From sequence record NC_042100.1: a stretch of 64,000 nucleotides of DNA, one strand, 5' to 3'. The position numbers were made by a program, and so were the translations under genes. Position 1 is the first letter of the stretch, and each line of letters begins with the position of its first letter. This document shows, piece after piece, positions 18,614 through 27,575 of the stretch. Below the pieces are notes generated by a model. It was given only the letters and a program-made list of their open reading frames with translations. It did not search any database and was not told where the DNA came from.

Positions 18614-19852
18614 ATGAACCATATTCGTAATCAACTTATGTCACAAGTAGCGGGCATCGAATCACTATCGTCTGCTGAAGAAGCACAAGTTGAACAAATC
18701 GCTGAAAAGACTGCTGAAGAAGTAGCAGAGCTAGTGGCGGATAAAGCAGCTGAAGAGATCAAAGAAGAAGTCGAAGATCTAGCTGATGAAGTTGAAGATC
18801 TTTCTGAAGAAGTCGAAGAGATCGAAGAAGAAGTTGAAGAACTAGAAGAGTGTGTGGAAGGTATGGAAGCACTACTTAAATCTGGTGCTTACAACGCAGC
18901 GGCTTTCGGCATCCTTTACAACCGTGCTGATAAACTAAACGCTAAACTTGGTGGTAAGCCTTCAGGTTCAGTTGTTGGTGCGGAAGCTCTAGGTGATGCG
19001 ACATCTGCTGGTCTAGCGGCTCGCGAAGGTATCGAAGGCTTCGTAGAAACGGCTAAGTCTTACGGCGCGGCAGCACTTAAGTTCATCATGAACATGTATG
19101 AAGCTGCAAAGAGCTTTGTAAAAGGTCTACTAGACAAGTCTGTTGCTCTTGAAAACCAAGTTAAAGCAACTAAGGCTCGTCTAGAGAAAACTGAAGAGCT
19201 TAAGAAAGACGTTAAACCGGGTAAGTGGGCTTCACTAGCACGCATCACTAAGACAGACAAGATCGAAGCGTTGATCCGTTCTTCTGATAACGTAGTTAAA
19301 GCTGCGGGTAAACTAGCGACTAACGATGTTGCAGGTTACGCTTCTGCTTACAACGGTCTTAAATCATCGATCGAAGGTCTGGCGTCTACTGGTGACTCTA
19401 CTAAAGCGAAATCTGGCGATAAAGAAACTCACCAAATCAAGATCGGTGCGGTTACTATCGTGGCTTCAGTTTACACTGGCGAGATCAAAGAGCAAGCTGA
19501 CGTTTCTAAAGCAGCTAAGGCAACTGGTCTAAGCTTCTCTTCTGAGAAGAAAGCTGACGAGAAATTCCAAGCTCTTGACAAGTCTTCTGCTGGTACTCTA
19601 CTGGGTGAAGTGTCTAAGACAGCTGCTCGTCTGAAAGAGCTTAAGTCTTCTGAGTCTGGTAACGAGAAAGGCCGTGACGAACTAATCGCAGCAATCAAGA
19701 AACTTGAAGGCGACGATAAAGAGTGGGCTAAACCAGCAGTATCTGCGGTTAAAGCTTCTACAGCGATGACTAACAAGATCTTCACTGTTGCAGCACGTGC
19801 ACTAGGTACAATTGCTGACGCTAAACTAGCGGCGGTTAAAGCTTACCTATAA
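18614..19852 (+). CDS. Internal head protein, gp93-family paralog, probably high copy
   Basis: Very Glu-rich propeptide with GIES, GMEA, GAEA and GIEGF sites. DVKPGKW. C-terminus AVKAYL. Strong codon bias like the major capsid gene. Confidence 0.8.
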   Translation: MNHIRNQLMSQVAGIESLSSAEEAQVEQIAEKTAEEVAELVADKAAEEIKEEVEDLADEVEDLSEEVEEIEEEVEELEECVEGMEALLKSGAYNAAAFGILYNRADKLNAKLGGKPSGSVVGAEALGDATSAGLAAREGIEGFVETAKSYGAAALKFIMNMYEAAKSFVKGLLDKSVALENQVKATKARLEKTEELKKDVKPGKWASLARITKTDKIEALIRSSDNVVKAAGKLATNDVAGYASAYNGLKSSIEGLASTGDSTKAKSGDKETHQIKIGAVTIVASVYTGEIKEQADVSKAAKATGLSFSSEKKADEKFQALDKSSAGTLLGEVSKTAARLKELKSSESGNEKGRDELIAAIKKLEGDDKEWAKPAVSAVKASTAMTNKIFTVAARALGTIADAKLAAVKAYL

Positions 19853-19881
19853 TCCAACTCCCGTGTGGGTTAGATACTGAT

Positions 19882-19919
19882 GATCGGGGAGGGCTCAGGC
19901 TCTCCCCGATTATTTCACG
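19882..19919 (+). terminator. Intrinsic terminator
   Basis: Stem ATCGGGGAGGGC/GCTCTCCCCGAT (one G-U pair) followed by a T-rich tract. Confidence 0.7.
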
Positions 19920-19942
19920 TTTTCCTTTTAGAGGGTAACATA

Positions 19943-21031
19943 ATGAATAAAACAGATGCTGCTAAAGCTCAGTTGTCCACGGTTAAATCGAAATACGACC
20001 AAGCCAAGGACGGAACGAATAAAGCACTGAGAGAAGCAGACAAACCTCTGGACCCTAAGGACCAAGGTACTTTAGAATCAGACCTACCAGTTAACGCTGA
20101 CGACCTTGATAAGGACATGAACAACGTTAAAGCATTCCAGACGTTATCTGGGTTAGCAGGGTTTTCACCTAAGGTGGATGGAAACGAAGGTTTCATGGAT
20201 ACGGTAAAAGAAACCGTAACTTGGTTACTACGTCGTGCCAGTGATATCCTGAACTGGGTTTTGGATTACACGATGAACCGAGTGAGTTCTTTACGTCGCA
20301 AAATTACACGATTGAAGTACTCATTCAACGACAACGGCATCAAACTCAAAGATACGTCGTATCCTCGAAGTGTAATAAAGTTAGCGGTTAAACCTAACAT
20401 CCCTAGTACACCGGAGTTCGCTGTTAAGACGTTAGATGAAGCCCAACGCTTCTACAATCGCATGATGTCTCAACAAACACAGATTGCTAGTCTAACTCGT
20501 GCTTTCCCATCGGACATCACTAGAGAGCAGTTGTTGAATTTCTCAGACTCATTGAGCACAAGTTATATCAGCGGGATGGGTGGTAAACGTGTTAAAGATA
20601 ACCTTTACGAAATTCACATGCCGAGTGGTTTCCAAACGATCAAAGCAATGAGTAACCCAGCTCGTGGATTCAACGGGTTCACTTTGTCTGAATACTTCTT
20701 AGCGAAGATTTCACCAGTAATCCCAGACACGTTTACTCCGAGTGCAGATGTGGTTCAACGACTCATCCTTAAGCTGGATGTTTGTTTGATGGATGTGGAG
20801 AAATCCCATAAATCTCAACGTAGTTTTGCTAACAACTTTAAACGTACCGTACAACCACTCGCTGATGGTGTTAAACTCTATCCAGAGAAAACCAAAGACG
20901 AGATATTAAAATACTACCGCTGGTTAGTGAATTACCAACAGAAAACCGTCGCCATTCCTCTCAACTATTACCTGAGTGTAATCTCGGCTTCAGTCGATTT
21001 ATGTAACGCTCAAGTCCACGTATCTAAATAG
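19943..21031 (+). CDS. Internal head protein paralog
   Basis: SD gaggg before ATG 19943. DGNEGFMDTVKETV site. HMPSGFQ segment. Confidence 0.7.
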   Translation: MNKTDAAKAQLSTVKSKYDQAKDGTNKALREADKPLDPKDQGTLESDLPVNADDLDKDMNNVKAFQTLSGLAGFSPKVDGNEGFMDTVKETVTWLLRRASDILNWVLDYTMNRVSSLRRKITRLKYSFNDNGIKLKDTSYPRSVIKLAVKPNIPSTPEFAVKTLDEAQRFYNRMMSQQTQIASLTRAFPSDITREQLLNFSDSLSTSYISGMGGKRVKDNLYEIHMPSGFQTIKAMSNPARGFNGFTLSEYFLAKISPVIPDTFTPSADVVQRLILKLDVCLMDVEKSHKSQRSFANNFKRTVQPLADGVKLYPEKTKDEILKYYRWLVNYQQKTVAIPLNYYLSVISASVDLCNAQVHVSK

Positions 21032-21040
21032 GGCATTTCC

Positions 21041-22453
21041 ATGATTGAAGTATTTAAGAAGATCTTTTTCTTACTGCGCCTTCACCGTGCGTTAGAACTA
21101 GACAGTATGATTAAAGATCATCGCGATGTGATGATGTTAGAAGCCACCGCTAAAGAACTTGGTATCGACCCAGAGATCGTGGGGACGTTTACCCTTAACG
21201 AACCGTGGGTATTGTTATCTGCTATCCGCAACGAATTGATTCAACAAGCCCATGAGTGCCAGTCGTTCATGGAAGGGATCGACTTCCTCATTCCACGGTC
21301 CTTTGAAGAACGTCTGCGTCGTTTAGATTACTCGGAAATGCGGGATTATTGTCCGGATGTTAATTTCAACCACGCAGGGTTTATTAAGATGTTGACCCCA
21401 CAAGAAGTATCAGAAGAATTGATCTCTTCAGGTACTTTAGAGAAACTATTAGGGGACTTCCGACTGAACCTAGATGCATTGGAAGAACAGCTTAAAAAGA
21501 ACTATGACCGAGACATCAGACTCGCTGAAGAATGTAACCGCGACATGTTACTTATCTTTGCTATCTTTGAACACATCGAGTCAAAAGGTCTTGAGCTATT
21601 CACACCGGGTGATTCGGAATATGACATCTGGTACAAAAAGTTTACGGTTTACACTACATCGGCTGAAGCAGTCTTGGATTCCAAGTTACTGGATGATCCA
21701 AGTTCGATGAATAAAGAAGAACGCGAAGCGGTTAACTCAGCAATGGAAGAACTTGGTGTCGACGGCATGGAACAGTTCTGGAGTGAAGTTGATCAGCAAG
21801 CTTCTTTGCACTTACTTAAGTTCACTGGCAACGAAGACTTTAAGAGTGACGTGAAACGCATGGCAGGTAAAGCTGCGGAAATGTTAACTACCGCGCTTAA
21901 GTCTTTGAAGACTCGTTTTGATGAGCGAAAGAAAGAAGGTTCGAAAGAAGCGGAAGGTATTAAGGAAGCGATCGATAAAGCGATTTCTGATCTTAGTAAC
22001 AAAGCAGGCGAACCCGACGCTAATCTAGTTAAACAACTTCAACAACGTTTAACTAAAGCGGGCTTCGAGAAACAAGCTTCTAAGCTGAACGGTGTGACAA
22101 CGTACACTCAATTGGGTCAGGCTTTTAGTACCATCTCGGGTGAGTTCACTAGTATGATTTCAGAAATGAAAGAAGCAGAAGCCAAGTTACGTGAGGCCGA
22201 AGCTAAAGTGAAAGAAGCTTCCACACCACCGTCGGGTACTTCAGAAGACGCTGACGAAACCACCAAGGCTCAAATCAAAGCTCAAATGTCTGAAGCTCAA
22301 AAGACCGCTAAAGAGTTAATGAAGTCCGCTTCGACTTCTATCGGTGAATCTATGAAATCCATTGCGATGCTTCGTGGTATCAAATCCACACTGGAACGCA
22401 TCACTGAGTCTACTAAAGAGAAAGTAGATGGTCAGGAATCTTGGATGCTATAA
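21041..22453 (+). CDS. Head protein with long acidic propeptide and coiled-coil mature region
   Basis: GMEQ and GNEDF sites at about residues 243-266, followed by a Lys/Glu/Ala-rich helical region. Confidence 0.6.
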   Translation: MIEVFKKIFFLLRLHRALELDSMIKDHRDVMMLEATAKELGIDPEIVGTFTLNEPWVLLSAIRNELIQQAHECQSFMEGIDFLIPRSFEERLRRLDYSEMRDYCPDVNFNHAGFIKMLTPQEVSEELISSGTLEKLLGDFRLNLDALEEQLKKNYDRDIRLAEECNRDMLLIFAIFEHIESKGLELFTPGDSEYDIWYKKFTVYTTSAEAVLDSKLLDDPSSMNKEEREAVNSAMEELGVDGMEQFWSEVDQQASLHLLKFTGNEDFKSDVKRMAGKAAEMLTTALKSLKTRFDERKKEGSKEAEGIKEAIDKAISDLSNKAGEPDANLVKQLQQRLTKAGFEKQASKLNGVTTYTQLGQAFSTISGEFTSMISEMKEAEAKLREAEAKVKEASTPPSGTSEDADETTKAQIKAQMSEAQKTAKELMKSASTSIGESMKSIAMLRGIKSTLERITESTKEKVDGQESWML

Positions 22454-22459
22454 GTCTAT

Positions 22460-22496
22460 GGGTGGGTCCTCCGGGGCTCACCCTTTCGTCGATTTT
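22460..22496 (+). terminator. Intrinsic terminator
   Basis: Stem GGGTGGGTCC/GGGCTCACCC followed by TTTCGTCGATTTT. A TATG follows at 22496-22499. Confidence 0.65.
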
Positions 22497-22522
22497 ATGA
22501 TTATTCACTAAAGGGGAGAGTT

Positions 22523-24127
22523 ATGCTTACTGCTCTTTTTGATGCTAGCGAGACGTACCGTAATGCGACTCGTCCCGCTATACTCGACAGCATCAATTCC
22601 GTACTGGAATTTTACCAAGTTCGAGAAAAAGATCTACGAGTATATTTGAACGGTGATGCACAAGACGCCCGACCAATGTATTCATCTCCTAACGATCATC
22701 CTCGTTCAGGACAATACACTGATTTTATTTTCAACAACAAATTGTTTGCTATTGCTGAAATCACGACGACCGAATTTAACTCTGGTTACGGGAACTTAGG
22801 TCGACAAATCAACAACGCACCTTTATGGTGTAATAAAGGCACTCGAACTGACTTAGTTCCTATTTTTGAAGGTCGTAAGATTAACGTGGATTGCAACGTC
22901 CATTTTAATACTCGACAACAAGCTAAGAACTTCCGCAACCGTCTACAACGCATTTATGATTTACAAGGTGCGAATCCGTGGTTCCGTGCGCACATCCATT
23001 ATCCAGTTCCTTACGAGTTTATGTTGCTTTCAAGTCACCTGCAACAACTGAGTATTAAGTCCGGATTATCTCAAGCAGACGAAAACTATCCAGATTGGTT
23101 TTTACGTCACTGTACGGTCCCTACAAGCATTCTAACCAATGCAGCTGGTGAAAACCCTATCTTTGGTATGAAGCGTCGCATAGAGAACTCTGAGATCATC
23201 TTAGAGGAACCAACGATTGCGCTTACACAACGCAACCAAGAAATACTAGGGAAATACGAAGTCAGTTTCCGTTATTCTTTTTATTGGCAAGAACTTACCA
23301 GTTGGAAAGTCAATTATCCACTGATGGTGAACCAGCACCCAATCAGCAAAGATTTTGTTAACAGTTTATTAGAAGAACCCGGGAACCCTCATTCACTGTA
23401 CAAAACCTTCGAGCTCCATGCAGGGGATTCGATCAAGGGATTCGACGGCACTAAGTACTACTACTACGCACGCTACCCATTACACGACCCTTGGTTCCCG
23501 CCACCTAACTACGAGCGAGTAGAACCTAAGGTGATCGTAAACTTCACGGTACGAGATGTAGAAGAGAAGCAGTTCTTGTTTAACATCAAAGCGATCCCGG
23601 GGATGCAATGGAATCCGGTTATTCTAGAATTCATATTAAAATACCATGACCTAATAACACGCCGTGGTAACTTGGTATTGTGGATGCAACTTTACTCCGA
23701 TGACACGCCAGTCTTGCAGCGTGACATTGAGTTGGATGAAGAAGGGAATTTGTATTTATTACGGGATCCCGTTATCGAGAATAACTATCGATTTGTTCTG
23801 AACCTAGATGGGATGTTGGGGTTGTTGAATGAACAGGGGAAACGTCTGATCATAGATGACGACAACTACCGCCTTAAAGTGCTACCGGAGATCTTCCCAT
23901 GGTGGAACTGGAACTCAATGAAACAACTGGAGCATGCTGGACCTTGGGGTTCCACTGGTATTCCGGTTCCGGGTACTGAGTACGCGGACCCTGACAAAGG
24001 GTATTACGACGATCGCGTGGTGATTACGCTAGATGACTTGGAAAAAGCCATTGACTCCATAGGAGCGTTACCTGAATTCCCGGATACTCCTTCTTTCATG
24101 TTAGATATGTCTTTAATTGCGAGGTAA
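22523..24127 (+). CDS. Virion structural protein (tail/neck/baseplate region)
   Basis: 534 aa, rich in aromatic residues and beta-strand character. Located directly after the head paralog array, as in phiKZ-like phages. Confidence 0.55.
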   Translation: MLTALFDASETYRNATRPAILDSINSVLEFYQVREKDLRVYLNGDAQDARPMYSSPNDHPRSGQYTDFIFNNKLFAIAEITTTEFNSGYGNLGRQINNAPLWCNKGTRTDLVPIFEGRKINVDCNVHFNTRQQAKNFRNRLQRIYDLQGANPWFRAHIHYPVPYEFMLLSSHLQQLSIKSGLSQADENYPDWFLRHCTVPTSILTNAAGENPIFGMKRRIENSEIILEEPTIALTQRNQEILGKYEVSFRYSFYWQELTSWKVNYPLMVNQHPISKDFVNSLLEEPGNPHSLYKTFELHAGDSIKGFDGTKYYYYARYPLHDPWFPPPNYERVEPKVIVNFTVRDVEEKQFLFNIKAIPGMQWNPVILEFILKYHDLITRRGNLVLWMQLYSDDTPVLQRDIELDEEGNLYLLRDPVIENNYRFVLNLDGMLGLLNEQGKRLIIDDDNYRLKVLPEIFPWWNWNSMKQLEHAGPWGSTGIPVPGTEYADPDKGYYDDRVVITLDDLEKAIDSIGALPEFPDTPSFMLDMSLIAR

Positions 24128-24130
24128 AGA

Positions 24131-25420
24131 ATGGCATTCTTAGAACAAGCTCCGGGAATGGACGATAAACCGGATTTGAATAAACCTACCGTGTACGCTA
24201 AAGAGTATCGTCACGCCATTGTTGATTCTGAATACGTCCCTCACACCAGTTTACTCCATAGCGTTTCAGGTCAACCTATTCGATGTGACTATTACCGTCA
24301 ATTCCTAGGTCAAGACGAAGAAGTAGTAGGGTTGCAACTCAATGACGTTTCGACTTACCAGTCTTACACTGAAATACGTAACATGGTTTACAAACGGGAT
24401 GGTGACCCGTCTCGTAACTGGAATGAAGAACGCTACGAAGTTAGTCAAACGTGGATCGGTTATTTTATCTTTGATCTAACTCCGTTAAAAGCGGACATGT
24501 TCGTCCAAGACATTGGTGATGGTCGAGCGGGCTTAGTGCAGATCACTAAAACCCCGGAACCGATGAACATTTACAAAGATAAAGTTTATAGTTGTGAATG
24601 TACGTTGTTAGCGGAAATGAACCAACAGATTGAAGATAACATCCGAAGTAAAGTGGTGGAAACTTCTTGGTTCTCCGCAGAGTCTGCCATCAAAGGTGGG
24701 CAAGCAATTATTTCTGAGACCGATCGTAGTTTGAATAAAAAACTTGATCGTTGGGCTTACATGATCTCTCAACATTTGTTGACGGAACATTATTGGAACC
24801 CAGAGCGTACGATTGCGTTAGTCGAAGATGATCGTCTGTATTCTTATGACGCGTATCTGGTCCGTTATCTACAACGTGTAATCCCTCACAAATATATTCC
24901 GGGAGCGAACCCAATTGAGTCTTTAAACTTTAACGTAGGTCGCAACTTTAACTACGATAAAGAACTGACGATCTGGGATTGTTTTGTTCAGGGATCCTTT
25001 GATTTCCTTCCAATGATCAGTAAGAAGCTCTACCGTTACAATCGTACGAGTATGATGTCTTCTCGTGGTTATACCGGGTTCTTGGCAACAAAGTTCGATT
25101 ACATACTGTTACCAAGCAAGTTAGAGTTCAACGAACTTAACTCACTGTACATTAGTCGTGATAATGGGTTAGCTCCGAGACCTCCGGTAGAGGAAGGTGT
25201 GGAAGTCGATAATTATTTCTCTGAAGAATTCTACAATGGTAGTTATAAAGGGGAGTTTGAACGTTGGTGTAAGGAGTTCTTTGGGGAACGTACGGTGGAT
25301 CGACAAAAACTTCTAGGGTGGTGTGAGGACTACGCGAACTGGTCTAAACGAGATCAAGTCTATCGTGCTGGTTTGTTGGTTTCCGCTATCATGATTTCTA
25401 AACGCGTATTTGGAGGTTAA
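24131..25420 (+). CDS. Virion structural protein
   Basis: 429 aa. The LLHSVSGQPIRCDYYRQ and DMFVQDIGDGRAG motifs resemble conserved phiKZ-like virion proteins. Confidence 0.6.
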   Translation: MAFLEQAPGMDDKPDLNKPTVYAKEYRHAIVDSEYVPHTSLLHSVSGQPIRCDYYRQFLGQDEEVVGLQLNDVSTYQSYTEIRNMVYKRDGDPSRNWNEERYEVSQTWIGYFIFDLTPLKADMFVQDIGDGRAGLVQITKTPEPMNIYKDKVYSCECTLLAEMNQQIEDNIRSKVVETSWFSAESAIKGGQAIISETDRSLNKKLDRWAYMISQHLLTEHYWNPERTIALVEDDRLYSYDAYLVRYLQRVIPHKYIPGANPIESLNFNVGRNFNYDKELTIWDCFVQGSFDFLPMISKKLYRYNRTSMMSSRGYTGFLATKFDYILLPSKLEFNELNSLYISRDNGLAPRPPVEEGVEVDNYFSEEFYNGSYKGEFERWCKEFFGERTVDRQKLLGWCEDYANWSKRDQVYRAGLLVSAIMISKRVFGG

Positions 25421-25421
25421 C

Positions 25422-26123
25422 GTGGATATAGTGCGTTATACTTACGTCCGTAGTCGTTTGATAGAGTTATGGAGAGAGTTATCCTTTCACGGGTTCCGAA
25501 TGTTTGTTCCCAAACACATGTTTTTAACCCCAGAAGAAATCACAAACCACGATCATATTTCTTACGAAGGTTCTTACGCTTGGGGCAGTGATCTTTATGC
25601 TCACAACCATTACTTGGTTACCGTCCCCATGCTTAAGGATTTAATCAAGGGAATTAATACGGAATCAAGCATTGGGTTCTATGACGCTGAAGATTCCATT
25701 TGGTTGTTTAAACACATTACGGAATATTTAGAGTTGTGGATGGAGGTTGCTAATGAAGCACCCCAATACTACATCCCCCATATCCCTGAGTTGTATGACT
25801 TAGAGGAAGTGGCGTTGTGGGTCTTCCACACTTACAAACCGATCATGATTCATCGGGCTAATATGAAACTCGCCAAGCGCCGTGCTGAAGGGGAAGATAC
25901 TAAAATCGATCCTTTCTTACTCTTGATCCAAATGGGTGCTTCTGAATCCGTAGACGAGATCCCTGATCAAATTAGTTATTCGAGTATTTTGGATGACCGA
26001 TTACCAGAACGTCTCAAGTCTCACTATAACCAGATCAAACGTTCTCAGTCCACTATGGATGTAGAAGACGAATGGCGAGTTAATATGTCGGACATCGCGG
26101 ACCTACTAGACATGGGGGTTTAA
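25422..26123 (+). CDS. Hypothetical protein
   Basis: A GTG start 6 nt after SD GGAGG is more plausible than the track's TTG at 25410. Confidence 0.6.
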   Translation: MDIVRYTYVRSRLIELWRELSFHGFRMFVPKHMFLTPEEITNHDHISYEGSYAWGSDLYAHNHYLVTVPMLKDLIKGINTESSIGFYDAEDSIWLFKHITEYLELWMEVANEAPQYYIPHIPELYDLEEVALWVFHTYKPIMIHRANMKLAKRRAEGEDTKIDPFLLLIQMGASESVDEIPDQISYSSILDDRLPERLKSHYNQIKRSQSTMDVEDEWRVNMSDIADLLDMGV

Positions 26124-26124
26124 C

Positions 26125-27456
26125 ATGATCCCATTGGAGTTAAGTAACATACTGGATCAAGCTCGATTGAACGCCAGTGCTCCGACGGCGTACGTTTATC
26201 AACTAACGGGGAGTTTTGTACTCCCTGACGGGTTTGTTGATATCATTGGTATAGAACGCCTTTCTGGATTGGGTAACTTCGTTAGTAACCGAAGTGAAGA
26301 CATTCGAGTTCGAGTCAGATTACAACCGGGAGTTTATCAAAGTAAGATACTCCCGTTCAAAGACGACTTACAGTTTGAATTGATCATGGATAATGGGAGA
26401 GAGTCACAACTCCGGTACTACCGGTGTGTTCCTCTTTCAGTTAACGATACGGAAGCTTTAGGGAACACCACCAAGGAAATCGACTTAAGTCTTTACGACA
26501 GTCAAAACTTCATCAGTCTTGATTTTCAGTTGATCGACTTAGGGTTTTCTAAACTCCGTACGATTCCTTATTCCGATACGTTCTTATCTGCTAACGTAAA
26601 GGACGTCATTCATTATGTATTAAGTTCTGAAACCATTGACTTGGGGTTAACCGGACAAGACCGTTTTCGTGGTGTGTTCATAGAAGAACCTGTTAATAAC
26701 CAAGTGGTGTATCGCCAGATCGTGTTCCCTCAAGGAAAAACCAACTTGATTAACATCGTACAGTTCCTTCAGGAAAATGACTATGGTGTTTATTCTCGAG
26801 GAGTTGGTTCCTACTACATGAATGGGGAATGGCGAGTCTACACATTATGGGACTCTGTGAAATATGACCGCAGCGACTATACGTTGGATATTATTCGTGT
26901 GCCTGAAGATGTCATGCCTTCTATCGAACATTCTTACTACGTTAACGATTCTAACTTGAGTATTGTTTCCAGTGGTCAGGGTGAACTTCGTAACTCAGTA
27001 GACGTGCAGCTTCAAAACAAAGGCACTGGTCAACAGATCATTTCCAGTAAAGCAGCAAACGGAATGGTGGGGAGTCATTATGAGAAAGGTCAAGTGTTAT
27101 TAACTCGACAAGACTCATTAACTCAATTCCGTACCGTGGAGCGAAAATCTGGAGAAGAACGAATACATGTGAATCCCGTCCCAACAAACAACATAGCGAG
27201 GGAACTATCTAAGTCCCGAGTAAACAACGGTGAGGTACTGACGATCCCTTGGAAGAACGCAGACCCTAGATTAATACGTCCGGGGATGCCTTTCCGTTAT
27301 TACTACTTGACTTCGGATGGAGTGGTAAAACAACGCACGGGGACAGTCATCGGTATGGCTTACGATTTCGCACCGAAAGACGCATCACCTCAGTATTCGT
27401 TTTATTGTAACATGAACTTAACACTGTTCATGGGTCTGGAAGAACAATACGTTTAA
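26125..27456 (+). CDS. Putative baseplate hub-like virion protein
   Basis: 443 aa. The C-terminal WKNADPRLIRPGMP...RTGTVIGMAY pattern resembles hub (gp27-like) C-termini. Confidence 0.5.
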   Translation: MIPLELSNILDQARLNASAPTAYVYQLTGSFVLPDGFVDIIGIERLSGLGNFVSNRSEDIRVRVRLQPGVYQSKILPFKDDLQFELIMDNGRESQLRYYRCVPLSVNDTEALGNTTKEIDLSLYDSQNFISLDFQLIDLGFSKLRTIPYSDTFLSANVKDVIHYVLSSETIDLGLTGQDRFRGVFIEEPVNNQVVYRQIVFPQGKTNLINIVQFLQENDYGVYSRGVGSYYMNGEWRVYTLWDSVKYDRSDYTLDIIRVPEDVMPSIEHSYYVNDSNLSIVSSGQGELRNSVDVQLQNKGTGQQIISSKAANGMVGSHYEKGQVLLTRQDSLTQFRTVERKSGEERIHVNPVPTNNIARELSKSRVNNGEVLTIPWKNADPRLIRPGMPFRYYYLTSDGVVKQRTGTVIGMAYDFAPKDASPQYSFYCNMNLTLFMGLEEQYV

Positions 27457-27498
27457 TAACTACGGTGGACTCAGTCCACCGTAGTTACCTTTGCTTTT
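27457..27498 (+). terminator. Intrinsic terminator ending the structural block
   Basis: Perfect 14-bp stem TAACTACGGTGGAC/GTCCACCGTAGTTA followed by CCTTTGCTTTT. Confidence 0.8.
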
Positions 27499-27503
27499 AG
27501 ATT

Positions 27504-27530
27504 TTTTCAAATCTATATTACCTACTTGAA
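27504..27530 (+). promoter_or_regulatory. Putative early (virion RNAP) promoter, copy A
   Basis: TTTTCAAATCTATATTACCT contains TATATTAC, the phiKZ early consensus. Follows a terminator. Confidence 0.65.
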
Positions 27531-27575
27531 ACTAAGAACAGTTTCATCATCATTAACCTTTATAGGAACTCTATT

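Noticed and set aside
19880-19942. Track's extended N-terminus MIGEGSGSPRL
   Set aside because: It runs through the terminator hairpin. The SD supports ATG 19943.
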